Below are positions 20,349 to 28,214 of a stretch of 64,000 bases of DNA, piece by piece. The stretch's first letter is position 1, and each line of letters begins with the position of its first letter. Position numbers and translations under genes: made by a program. The DNA is from an uncultured Verrucomicrobiae bacterium. Its GTDB lineage: Bacteria; Verrucomicrobiota; Verrucomicrobiia; Limisphaerales; Palsa-1400. The DNA lies in assembly GCA_963702845.1 (NCBI GenBank), contig OY969763.1, positions 5,504,001 to 5,568,000 on the forward strand, in the 5' to 3' direction. The notes beneath the pieces were generated by a model. That model was given only the letters and a program-made list of their open reading frames with translations, ran no database searches and had not been told where the DNA came from.

Positions 20349-21863
20349 ATGTATCATCCATCGCAAGCTGAATTCGCTGAACTCGCGAAACAAGGGAATC
20401 TGATTCCTGTGACGCGGCGCATTCTCGCGGACCTCGAAACACCGCTCTCGGCGTATCGCAAGATTCGCGGCAATGGCGAGTCGTTCCTGTTCGAATCGGT
20501 CGAAGGCGGCGAACACATCGGACGCTATTCATTCGTCGGATGCAATCCGCGCGGAATCATTCGCCAGGACGGCAACAAGGTAGAAGTGATCGAGAACGGG
20601 AAGGTGAAGGAGCGATTTACGGTCAGCCGTGAGCCGGGCGAAGGTCGCGTACGGGATGGGTTGGCCGTGATCGAGCAGGTTATGAAGGGTTATCGCCCGG
20701 TCATCGTGCCCGGCCTCCCTCGTTTCACCGGCGGCGCTGTTGGTTTTATCGGCTACGAATTTATTCACGACGTGGAACATGTTGTGCCGCGACCGCCGCA
20801 TGATGAGCTGAAAACTCCGACGATGTATTTTCTCATCGCCGATGAGCTGCTCATTTTCGATCGCGTGGCGCAGACGATTACGATTTTGGTCAATGCAGTG
20901 CTCGACGACAAAACGAAACCGGAAGATGCCTACGAGGACGCGATTGGGGAGATTGATCGTCTGGTGTCGTTACTCGAGCAGCCGTCGGAACATGTGCCGG
21001 TGAGTTTGCCGACCGAACCACCGCATGTGGATTTTCAATCCAACGTGCCGAAGCCGAAGTTTTTGGAGAATGTCCAAAACTGCAAAAAATACATCACCGC
21101 GGGCGACATCATTCAGATCGTCGGCTCGCAGCGTTTCTCCACGCCGGTTAAAGCCGCGCCACTGGACATCTATCGTGCGGCGCGGTCGATCAATCCGTCG
21201 CCATACATGTTCCTGCTGGAACTGAACGGGTTTTCGCTCGTGGGCGCATCACCAGAAATTCATGTGCGGTCCGAAGAGGGCGTCGTTGAGATTCGGCCGA
21301 TCGCCGGGACACGTCGTCGCGGCAAAACGACCGCTGAAGATGAGGCACTCGAGAAAGAGTTGCTAGCGGATCCGAAGGAGCGCGCGGAACACGTGATGCT
21401 CGTTGACCTGGCGCGAAATGATTTGGGCCGCGTTTGCGATTACGGCACCGTGCAGGTGAAGGACCTGATGATCATCGAACGTTACAGCCACGTGATGCAC
21501 ATTGTATCGCAGGTTGAAGGAAAACTTTCGGCGAACCGCACACCTTACGATTTGATGCGCGCGACGTTCCCGGCGGGCACATTGAGCGGCGCGCCGAAGA
21601 TTCGCGCGATGCAGATTATTTCTGAACTGGAACAAACGACGCGCGGGCCTTACGGCGGTTGCGTCGGATATTTTTCCTTCAACGGCAATCTCGACTGCTG
21701 CATCACCATCCGTACCGCGTTGATCAAAGACGGCAAAGCTTACGTGCAAGCCGGTGGCGGTTGGGTGAACGATTCCGAGCCGGAAGCCGAATTCCAAGAG
21801 ACCGTCAACAAAGCCAAGGCGATGCTCACCGCAGTCGCGATGGCTGAGGGCTTCTCGAAATAG
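20349..21863 (+). CDS. trpE: Anthranilate synthase component I
   Basis: DLETPLSAY, LFESVEGG, NPSPYMF, GASPE, RPIAGT, KERAEHVMLVDLARND, FPAGTLSGAPKIRAMQII. Confidence 0.96.
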   Translation: MYHPSQAEFAELAKQGNLIPVTRRILADLETPLSAYRKIRGNGESFLFESVEGGEHIGRYSFVGCNPRGIIRQDGNKVEVIENGKVKERFTVSREPGEGRVRDGLAVIEQVMKGYRPVIVPGLPRFTGGAVGFIGYEFIHDVEHVVPRPPHDELKTPTMYFLIADELLIFDRVAQTITILVNAVLDDKTKPEDAYEDAIGEIDRLVSLLEQPSEHVPVSLPTEPPHVDFQSNVPKPKFLENVQNCKKYITAGDIIQIVGSQRFSTPVKAAPLDIYRAARSINPSPYMFLLELNGFSLVGASPEIHVRSEEGVVEIRPIAGTRRRGKTTAEDEALEKELLADPKERAEHVMLVDLARNDLGRVCDYGTVQVKDLMIIERYSHVMHIVSQVEGKLSANRTPYDLMRATFPAGTLSGAPKIRAMQIISELEQTTRGPYGGCVGYFSFNGNLDCCITIRTALIKDGKAYVQAGGGWVNDSEPEAEFQETVNKAKAMLTAVAMAEGFSK

Positions 21864-21874
21864 CTCGCTTGAGA

Positions 21875-22513
21875 TTAGAGGTATTGGCGTCTATCAACGG
21901 CCTGGTCCAATCCTACCAACACAGTGCTGCCGGCGATCATCGGGAAGAACGACCAAAGGATCAGCACAGTCAATTGCGACAACGTCACCTCGATCACGGG
22001 CAAGATGCAAAGGAATATGACCGCTGTAATCGCCGCGCCGATAACCATGCTGCCGATGCCGAGTAAGAGCCGTACCTTTTTCGCAACGATGACGGGCAAG
22101 ATCCGCCACAAATAACAGGCCCCAATCGCGACACCAACCGTCATCACCAACGCCAGCACTCCCAAAACTTTTTCCCACGGCGTCGACGCCATGGTGCTGG
22201 AAAAGAACAAACCGTAAATTGTCATGCCCGCGTAAGTGGCGAGGCCGAAGGCGCCGATGGTCTTTTCGACCTTGTAATTGCGGAGCTTTTTCTCGAACGA
22301 CCGGTTCTTGGTGAACTCAGTTTTGATCTGAGTTGGCGAGCCCAGTTGTGCGACAGCTTTGTCAAAAGCCAGTTGGTCCGGCAACGACTGGTTTCTGTTT
22401 GCAGTAATCGCATCACGCAAGTGGCTTTCTAGTTCGGCCACCGTCTCCACGTTGACGCCGGTTCTTTGAATTTCTTCGCGCCAGAGTCCGATTGCTTGTT
22501 CGAGATTAAACAT
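21875..22513 (-). CDS. Permease-prefix/HAAS-like domain membrane protein (4 TM), paralog 5
   Basis: MFNLEQAI..WR...ELESHLRD...AF..AV.QLG...IKTEF, then four hydrophobic helices. Confidence 0.85.
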   Translation of the reverse strand: MFNLEQAIGLWREEIQRTGVNVETVAELESHLRDAITANRNQSLPDQLAFDKAVAQLGSPTQIKTEFTKNRSFEKKLRNYKVEKTIGAFGLATYAGMTIYGLFFSSTMASTPWEKVLGVLALVMTVGVAIGACYLWRILPVIVAKKVRLLLGIGSMVIGAAITAVIFLCILPVIEVTLSQLTVLILWSFFPMIAGSTVLVGLDQAVDRRQYL

Positions 22514-23087
22514 ATTGTTTCGGCTGTTTGTACGCGGCCCACATTCCGTAAAGGCCAATAACCGTTCCACCCGGTATCACGGGCAAGAGCAGCCAGTTTA
22601 AAACGCGACTCAATTGGCGCCCCAATTCAGGCCGGTAGCGCCGCGCAAAAAGAGTCCACACGATAAGGATCGTGTAAGCGCAGGTGATCCAAAACAGCCA
22701 TGGAATCGACCACGCGGGAAAATGTCCCATCGGCTCGTTCCACCCCTGCCCGCCAACGATTCGCCACAACGCGACACCGCAAGCAACTATCAACATGTTA
22801 TACACCGCAAATACGGCAAGCGCTGCGGTATAGACTCGATTGTGGTTCATCATACTAATGCCTTTTGTTAAACCGACTTTTGTGAATTCTGATTTGACCG
22901 CGTCTGCTCGCCCAATTTGCTTAACGGCTGCCTGGAAGGCCTGTTGAAGTTCCAGCCCGGATCGAATTCCAGCTTCAATCTCGTCGCAGAGATGACTTTC
23001 CAATTCATCAAGAACTTCGGGGTTGCAAAGGCCCGCTTTACGCATCTGGATGCGCCACTCTGCTATTGCCTGTTCGCGATCGAACAT
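22506..23087 (-). CDS. Permease-prefix/HAAS-like domain membrane protein, paralog 4
   Basis: MFDREQAIAEWR...ELESHL...AFQAAVKQIG...KSEF; C-terminus ends in a P.GTVIGLYG.W re-entrant-like motif. Confidence 0.85.
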   Translation of the reverse strand: MFDREQAIAEWRIQMRKAGLCNPEVLDELESHLCDEIEAGIRSGLELQQAFQAAVKQIGRADAVKSEFTKVGLTKGISMMNHNRVYTAALAVFAVYNMLIVACGVALWRIVGGQGWNEPMGHFPAWSIPWLFWITCAYTILIVWTLFARRYRPELGRQLSRVLNWLLLPVIPGGTVIGLYGMWAAYKQPKQYV

Positions 23088-23092
23088 AAGTT

Positions 23093-23569
23093 TTAGGTGC
23101 GGCTTAAGTTGTCCCCGTTCCTGCGTCCAGTTTTGAAGGCATAGACAGCCGTCGCTGCAGCGGCAAACGTAATCGTGATCCCCATGCAGAGAGGCCAAAT
23201 CTCGTCCGGTCGCCACTGGATGGCAAAATAGTTTTCCCCAGCTTGCAATGCCGCATAGTTGCGTTGTTTATGTTGGCCCAACGCAGGCAAAATGATTCCA
23301 GTGCCGATTAAAAACGCGAGGATTGCGACGCCAATTATGATTTTTCGTTTCATAGTTTGTCTTTCCACTTTCTTGAATTCGGTTCGGATAGAAACCGGAT
23401 GTCCTAGCTGTCGAACTGCGATGTCGAAAACTCTTTGATCAACATTCCCGGAACGCTCAAGTTGCTCGCGCAAGTGCAATTCCAGCTCATTCAAAGGCAC
23501 GGGGGCCTTTACTCCGGCTGTTAGCATGTGCTTGCGCCATGCTGCGATTGCTTGTTCGAGATCAAACAT
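23093..23569 (-). CDS. Permease-prefix/HAAS-like domain membrane protein (2 TM), paralog 3
   Basis: MFDLEQAIAAWR...ELELHLRE...FDIAVRQLG...IRTEFKKV, then two TMs. Confidence 0.85.
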   Translation of the reverse strand: MFDLEQAIAAWRKHMLTAGVKAPVPLNELELHLREQLERSGNVDQRVFDIAVRQLGHPVSIRTEFKKVERQTMKRKIIIGVAILAFLIGTGIILPALGQHKQRNYAALQAGENYFAIQWRPDEIWPLCMGITITFAAAATAVYAFKTGRRNGDNLSRT

Positions 23570-23583
23570 GGTGTTCCTTGGGC

Positions 23584-24258
23584 TTAGTTATATTCAGGTG
23601 GAACCATTCCCCAACGCTCGCGGGCTTTACGATCCATGGACAGCGCCAGGAAGGCGCAGACACAGATCGCCATTGGAACTCCTGCCCAGACAAGCGCGAC
23701 GATCAAATTGTTAGCTGCTTCAGAGGGCGATTGGTCGATCGCATTTGTGATAACGTTCGGCAGGCCAAAGGCCGCAAGTAGTCCGAGGAGAGCTGACGTT
23801 GTCCAAGACAATCCAATCGCCCATTTACGCTGTGAGGATGAAACGTCGGGAAGATAGGGAAGTGCATAACGCCAGCCGCAGCAAACCAGGAGGACTAGCC
23901 CAATCCCAACGAAAGCAACTATCTGTTGGACGACACCCATTTGTAGTTTGAAGAAGACTAACTCGCTGCCGAAAAGCGTGGAGACGATCAACGTCAAAAG
24001 CCCGACAGAAAACCAGGACTCAAATCCGGCGCCTGTTCTTGGGCGAATTTTAGAGAATTCCTCGCGTACTTTTGGGGCCGCGCCGATTCGTTCAACCGCG
24101 CGTGAAAAAGCCAATTCAGCGTCCAGGCCGGTGCGCATCTGTTGTTCTACATCGGAACGCAAATGCTCCGTGAGTTCATCGAGGGTTGTGGAGCTTTTGA
24201 CGCCGGCAGCAAGCATTCGCCTGCGCCATTCCGAGATTTCGTTTTCGATGTTGAACAT
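23584..24258 (-). CDS. Permease-prefix/HAAS-like domain membrane protein (4 TM), paralog 2
   Basis: MFNIENEISEWRRRM...ELTEHLRSD...AFSRAVERIG...REEF, then four TMs. Confidence 0.85.
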   Translation of the reverse strand: MFNIENEISEWRRRMLAAGVKSSTTLDELTEHLRSDVEQQMRTGLDAELAFSRAVERIGAAPKVREEFSKIRPRTGAGFESWFSVGLLTLIVSTLFGSELVFFKLQMGVVQQIVAFVGIGLVLLVCCGWRYALPYLPDVSSSQRKWAIGLSWTTSALLGLLAAFGLPNVITNAIDQSPSEAANNLIVALVWAGVPMAICVCAFLALSMDRKARERWGMVPPEYN

Positions 24259-24272
24259 AATCTGAGTCAAAG

Positions 24273-25346
24273 TTACGGCGCAAGTATCGCAGCAATCACT
24301 TGTTTGCCGCCAAAAATCCAGATCGCACAAGCTATGGCAATGTACGGGCCGAACGGCAGTCGAGCCGACCAATCACGACGGCGGGCAGCTATCAGACCGA
24401 CATTGACGAGAGAGCCAATTATCGAACTGACAAGCAGCGAAAAGACCACTGCCGGCCATCCTAGGAATGCGCCGATTGCCGCCATGAATTTCACATCGCC
24501 AAATCCCATTGCTTCGCGGGGTATAACCACTCCCGAAGTAGCGACCTGCAACTGTTGAAGTATTGTTGAATCGAATTTTTCATTCCCAATCTGGAGGCTT
24601 TTCGATGTCAGACGGACAGGCACGTTAACGTATGAGCGGCCCGCGAACTCGACCGCACGTGCATGTAATTCAATAGCGTCGGTTTCGCGATGAAACAAAT
24701 CTTCATAACTCATTTCATTATCCGGCAGGATCAGAGTGCTTTCCGTGAAAGTGATTTTCGTTTCTGAAAGAAAGGCTATTCGCTCGCGACCAAATGCAAG
24801 TTTGCCTGCGCGCAATATCAGATAGAGCAGCACGGCGCCAACACCCAGGCCTGTTGCGCTCTGGAGCATTCCCGCCATTAAGGTTTTTTGCTCGTGAATC
24901 TGGGGCAGAAATAGTGAGCACAGGAAACCGACAATAATGCCTCCAACAGTTATTTCATCCGGAATGATAAAACGTTTGAAATCCACCGCAGATGCGACAA
25001 TCAGCCCGGTCAAAAAAGCGCCGTAAACAATCGCAAGAGCCGGCGATTTGCCGAACAAAAACCAGCAGCTAACGAATGCACAGCCGATTAGAATCCATAC
25101 CGCCTTAAGGCGTAATGCCTGTTGCATAGGCCCGACTTTCTTAAACTCGCGTTCAAGCTCCTTCGGACATCCCATCCTCGAAACCACGACATCGAAGGCT
25201 TGTTGCGCATCGGAACAGGTCTTCATTTCTCGTTCAAAGTCGTCGCGCAAATGGCTTTCTAATTCATTGAGTGGGACCGGGCTCTTTACCCCGCCAGCCA
25301 ACATTTGCCTCCGCCATTCCGAAATTGCGCTGTCGATGTTGAACAT
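24273..25346 (-). CDS. Permease-prefix/HAAS-like domain fused to an A24 prepilin-peptidase catalytic domain, paralog 1
   Basis: Same N-terminal domain, then AVDFKRFIIPDEIT, EAMGFGDVKFMAAIGAFLGW and LPFGPYIA of A24 peptidases. Confidence 0.88.
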   Translation of the reverse strand: MFNIDSAISEWRRQMLAGGVKSPVPLNELESHLRDDFEREMKTCSDAQQAFDVVVSRMGCPKELEREFKKVGPMQQALRLKAVWILIGCAFVSCWFLFGKSPALAIVYGAFLTGLIVASAVDFKRFIIPDEITVGGIIVGFLCSLFLPQIHEQKTLMAGMLQSATGLGVGAVLLYLILRAGKLAFGRERIAFLSETKITFTESTLILPDNEMSYEDLFHRETDAIELHARAVEFAGRSYVNVPVRLTSKSLQIGNEKFDSTILQQLQVATSGVVIPREAMGFGDVKFMAAIGAFLGWPAVVFSLLVSSIIGSLVNVGLIAARRRDWSARLPFGPYIAIACAIWIFGGKQVIAAILAP

Positions 25347-25366
25347 AAATGGATTCGTTTAAGTGC

Positions 25367-25714
25367 TCACGCTTTGCCGGGCATTGGGTCTTGTCCGCCC
25401 CAGAGCTCGCTGAGCACGGATGAAATCACCGACCACTGTTCCTGTTTTTGTTTGAGGGCTTTTTTGCCGTCATTTTTCAGCGAGTAGTATTTGCGCTTGC
25501 GGCCGGTTTCGACTTCGACCCAGCGCGATTTAATCCAGCCGTTTTGTTCCATGCGATGGAGGACGGGGTAGAGCATGCCGTCGGTCCATTCGATCTTTTC
25601 GCCGGAGAGACGTTTGACTTCCTGGATGAGAGCGTAGCCGTAACTTTCGCCTTTGGCTAACAGGGACAAAATCAGAGGTTCGGTGGAGGCTGCAACTAAT
25701 TCCTTAGCTAACAT
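25367..25714 (-). CDS. PadR family transcriptional regulator
   Basis: LILSLL..GESYGYALIQ, DGMLYPVLHRME..GWI, RKRKYYSL, QW; 115 aa from MLAKELV. Confidence 0.95.
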   Translation of the reverse strand: MLAKELVAASTEPLILSLLAKGESYGYALIQEVKRLSGEKIEWTDGMLYPVLHRMEQNGWIKSRWVEVETGRKRKYYSLKNDGKKALKQKQEQWSVISSVLSELWGGQDPMPGKA

Positions 25715-25720
25715 AGGAGC

Positions 25721-25750
25721 ACTATACATTGTGAGGCTATGTATTGTCAA
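25721..25750 (-). promoter_or_regulatory. padR promoter with operator-like palindrome; probably leaderless transcript
   Basis: TTGACA-18 bp-TATAGT, ATG 6 nt after the -10 box; inverted repeat ATACAT-N9-ATGTAT at 25724-25744 spans the spacer and overlaps -10. Confidence 0.8.
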
Positions 25751-25772
25751 CACCTGTTTTTTGACAGCATTG

Positions 25773-27785
25773 TTAAGGAGATTTTTCGAGGCGTTCGAGC
25801 ATCGCGCGCGCGACGTTGCCCGCGGGATCAACGTGTGAGCGATCGTTGATTTCGACAGCGTTTCGGAGCAGCGCGATGGCTTCGGATTTTTGACCTTTCT
25901 TGATGAGGATGTCGGCCATTTGCTGTTGCGTCCAATAGGCGGCGAGGTCGCTGGGGAAACATTGCAGCGTGCGTTGAAACTCCTGCAGGGCCTGATCGGT
26001 TTTGCCGGATTGGGAGAGCGCGAGGGCGTAGTTGTAACGCGTATCGGCGAGGTTCGGTTCGTAGCGCAAGGCTTCTTCGTATTGAGAAATTGCTTCGGCC
26101 ATTTTGCCCTGTTTCTTGAGTGTGTTGGCGAGGTTGCAGTGGGCAAGGGCGTTTTCCGGTTGCAGTTCGATGGCCAATTGAAATTCCTTCACGGCATCGT
26201 CCAGCTTATTCATGTCGAGATACGCGTTGGCGAGGATGACGTGGGCATTGGCCATGCCGGGCATGATCGCGAGCGTCTCTTTCAAATGATCGATGGCCTC
26301 CTGATTCTTGCGGTTTGCCTCGTCTGATTTGCCACTGGCGCGCAAATGATCTCCTTCACTGTTCAAGATGGCCGCGAGGGCGCTGTGGACGAACCAGTTG
26401 TTTTTCGTGACGCTCAACGTGTGTTTGCAGAGTGTTTCGCCGGATTGCCAGTAGCTGACTTGTTGGTGGGCAACGGCGGCGAGGGTGGCTGTTGCCGCGA
26501 TGGCGAAAACTGCGATTGCAATCTGGATCGCGCGCCGTGTGTTAATCGTGAGTTCGCGTTTGGCGAAAAATCCTTTCAGCAAATCCGCCGCTCCGAACGC
26601 GACCATTATGAAGATGCCGATCGAAGGAATGTAGGTGTAACGATCGGCGCGGGCTTGTCCGCCGACTTGCACGATTCCAATCACCGGCACCAGCGTTACG
26701 AGATACCAGAGCCAGCCGACTAATAGATATGGACGCGAGCGCATATGCCAGAGCGTCGCGACGGTGATCGAGCCAAGGATGGCGAGGCTGCCGAGGACGT
26801 CGGAAGTTTGCCAGTTGTAGGCTTCGTGCGGGTAATAGTGCGCCAGATTGTGCGGGTAAAACATGTCCGCGAGGTAGATAACGTAGGTGACGATGGCGTT
26901 GTTGATGCGATTGGTGAAAAGGATGCGACTGGAAATTGCTCCGCCGCTTCCTTGCGCGAGGACAACGGCAATGCTCGCGCCTACGGCCATGAGAATAAAT
27001 GGGATCTTCTCGGCGACCAAACGTGGGAGCGACCGGAGGCTGAGGTTCAGGTTTGTGTTGCGATTTAGGTAGAAGCGGTTGAGCGGCCACGCGTCGAGCA
27101 GCAGAAAGAGAATGGGGGCGGAGACGAGCATTTGCTTGGACATGAGGCCGCATGCATAGGAAAGGGCGGTGAGGATGTAGAAAATGATTTTGCGGCTGGT
27201 GCGTTCGCTGACGGCGTATTTGGCGTAGGCGCAGAGTGTCAGCAGTAGAAAAAATGTGCTCAGGACGTCTTTTCGTTCGGCAACCCAGGCGACGGATTCG
27301 ACGTGCAATGGGTGAATGGCGAACAAGGCGGCGACGAATGCGCTGGGCCAAAGTTGGCGCGTCATTTTGTGCAGCAGGCCGAACAACAGCACGACGGTGG
27401 CGCTGTGGAGCAGCAAGTTCATCAAATGATGCCCGCCAGTGCCGTGGATTTGGCCGGGGAGCAGGCCGAAGTATTCGCAGTCGGCCATGTGCGAGAGCCA
27501 GGTGAGCGGATGCCAGTTGGCAGCGTAGCCGATATTGAACGCCCAACGAAATGTTTCCCAGGTCAGGCCGGAGCGGACGTGCGTGTTCAGAACGACGTAG
27601 TCGGGATCGTCGATGTCGAGCAGAGGGAAATGCGTCGTTTGCCAGTAAACGGCAAACGTGGTGGCGATCAGGGCGACAGCGAGGGCGTAAAATTGCCAAC
27701 TAAAATGTACGGCTGCAATGGGCTCGGTAGCGGGAATCGCGGTGGCACGCGGTTGTTCGCGGATAACTTTGAAGCGTCTGCCCAT
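25773..27785 (-). CDS. Second TMTC-like GT-C glycosyltransferase with TPRs
   Basis: IDDPDYV, NWHPLTWLSH, HPLHVESVAWVAERKDVL, ADRYTYIP; TPR tail; TAGAAT -10 box 7 nt upstream of the ATG. Confidence 0.85.
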   Translation of the reverse strand: MGRRFKVIREQPRATAIPATEPIAAVHFSWQFYALAVALIATTFAVYWQTTHFPLLDIDDPDYVVLNTHVRSGLTWETFRWAFNIGYAANWHPLTWLSHMADCEYFGLLPGQIHGTGGHHLMNLLLHSATVVLLFGLLHKMTRQLWPSAFVAALFAIHPLHVESVAWVAERKDVLSTFFLLLTLCAYAKYAVSERTSRKIIFYILTALSYACGLMSKQMLVSAPILFLLLDAWPLNRFYLNRNTNLNLSLRSLPRLVAEKIPFILMAVGASIAVVLAQGSGGAISSRILFTNRINNAIVTYVIYLADMFYPHNLAHYYPHEAYNWQTSDVLGSLAILGSITVATLWHMRSRPYLLVGWLWYLVTLVPVIGIVQVGGQARADRYTYIPSIGIFIMVAFGAADLLKGFFAKRELTINTRRAIQIAIAVFAIAATATLAAVAHQQVSYWQSGETLCKHTLSVTKNNWFVHSALAAILNSEGDHLRASGKSDEANRKNQEAIDHLKETLAIMPGMANAHVILANAYLDMNKLDDAVKEFQLAIELQPENALAHCNLANTLKKQGKMAEAISQYEEALRYEPNLADTRYNYALALSQSGKTDQALQEFQRTLQCFPSDLAAYWTQQQMADILIKKGQKSEAIALLRNAVEINDRSHVDPAGNVARAMLERLEKSP

Positions 27786-27813
27786 TCCCGCCATTCTACT
27801 TGAAAAAAGCGGT

Positions 27814-28016
27814 AAAAAACTACTGCTAACTGGTGCTAAGTGGTGCGAACTACTGCTAAGTAGTGCTAAAAATCGGGAAGATTTAGCACCCGTTTCGCGC
27901 CCGCTTTGCAGTAGTGGTCGCAGCAATAAAAAGGGAAAAAAACTACCGCGACCTGGTGCGACTGAGTGCGACCCAGTGCGCTTTTTAGTCCAGTTGTCGC
28001 ACCCGAGTCGCAGTAG
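27814..28016. repeat. Two homologous modules of 10-bp tandem repeats, each with an inverted copy
   Basis: TACTGCTAAC/TGGTGCTAAG/TGGTGCGAAC/TACTGCTAAG/TAGTGCTAAA and TACCGCGACC/TGGTGCGACT/GAGTGCGACC/CAGTGCG; both start AAAAAACTAC, 123 bp apart. Confidence 0.85.
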
Positions 28017-28214
28017 CGTTCGCCCCCGGTTGCTCTAGAAAAATTTGCATTCATGATGCGATCCTAAGCGACTGCACCAACTGAAGCTTCTTAGTGACCG
28101 GCGGATTTTATTAAGAAACGAACAGAGCGGTCGGTGAACCTCCTTGCTTGATTTTCCGCGTTGTCAAAGGTCTGGGTTAGGTCTCCAATGAGCCGTGCTT
28201 GCGAGTCCAAACCC

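Noticed and set aside
20200..20349. trp attenuator leader upstream of trpE
   Set aside because: The short ORF MKPRRVNVV has no Trp codons and there is no terminator before trpE
25715..26146. N-terminal extension of the PadR ORF
   Set aside because: Overlaps TMTC-2 in another frame; promoter and operator lie directly before ATG 25714
27814..28016. CRISPR array interpretation of the decamer repeats (also at 51190-51600)
   Set aside because: Units are 10 bp and contiguous with no unique spacers; no cas genes in the window
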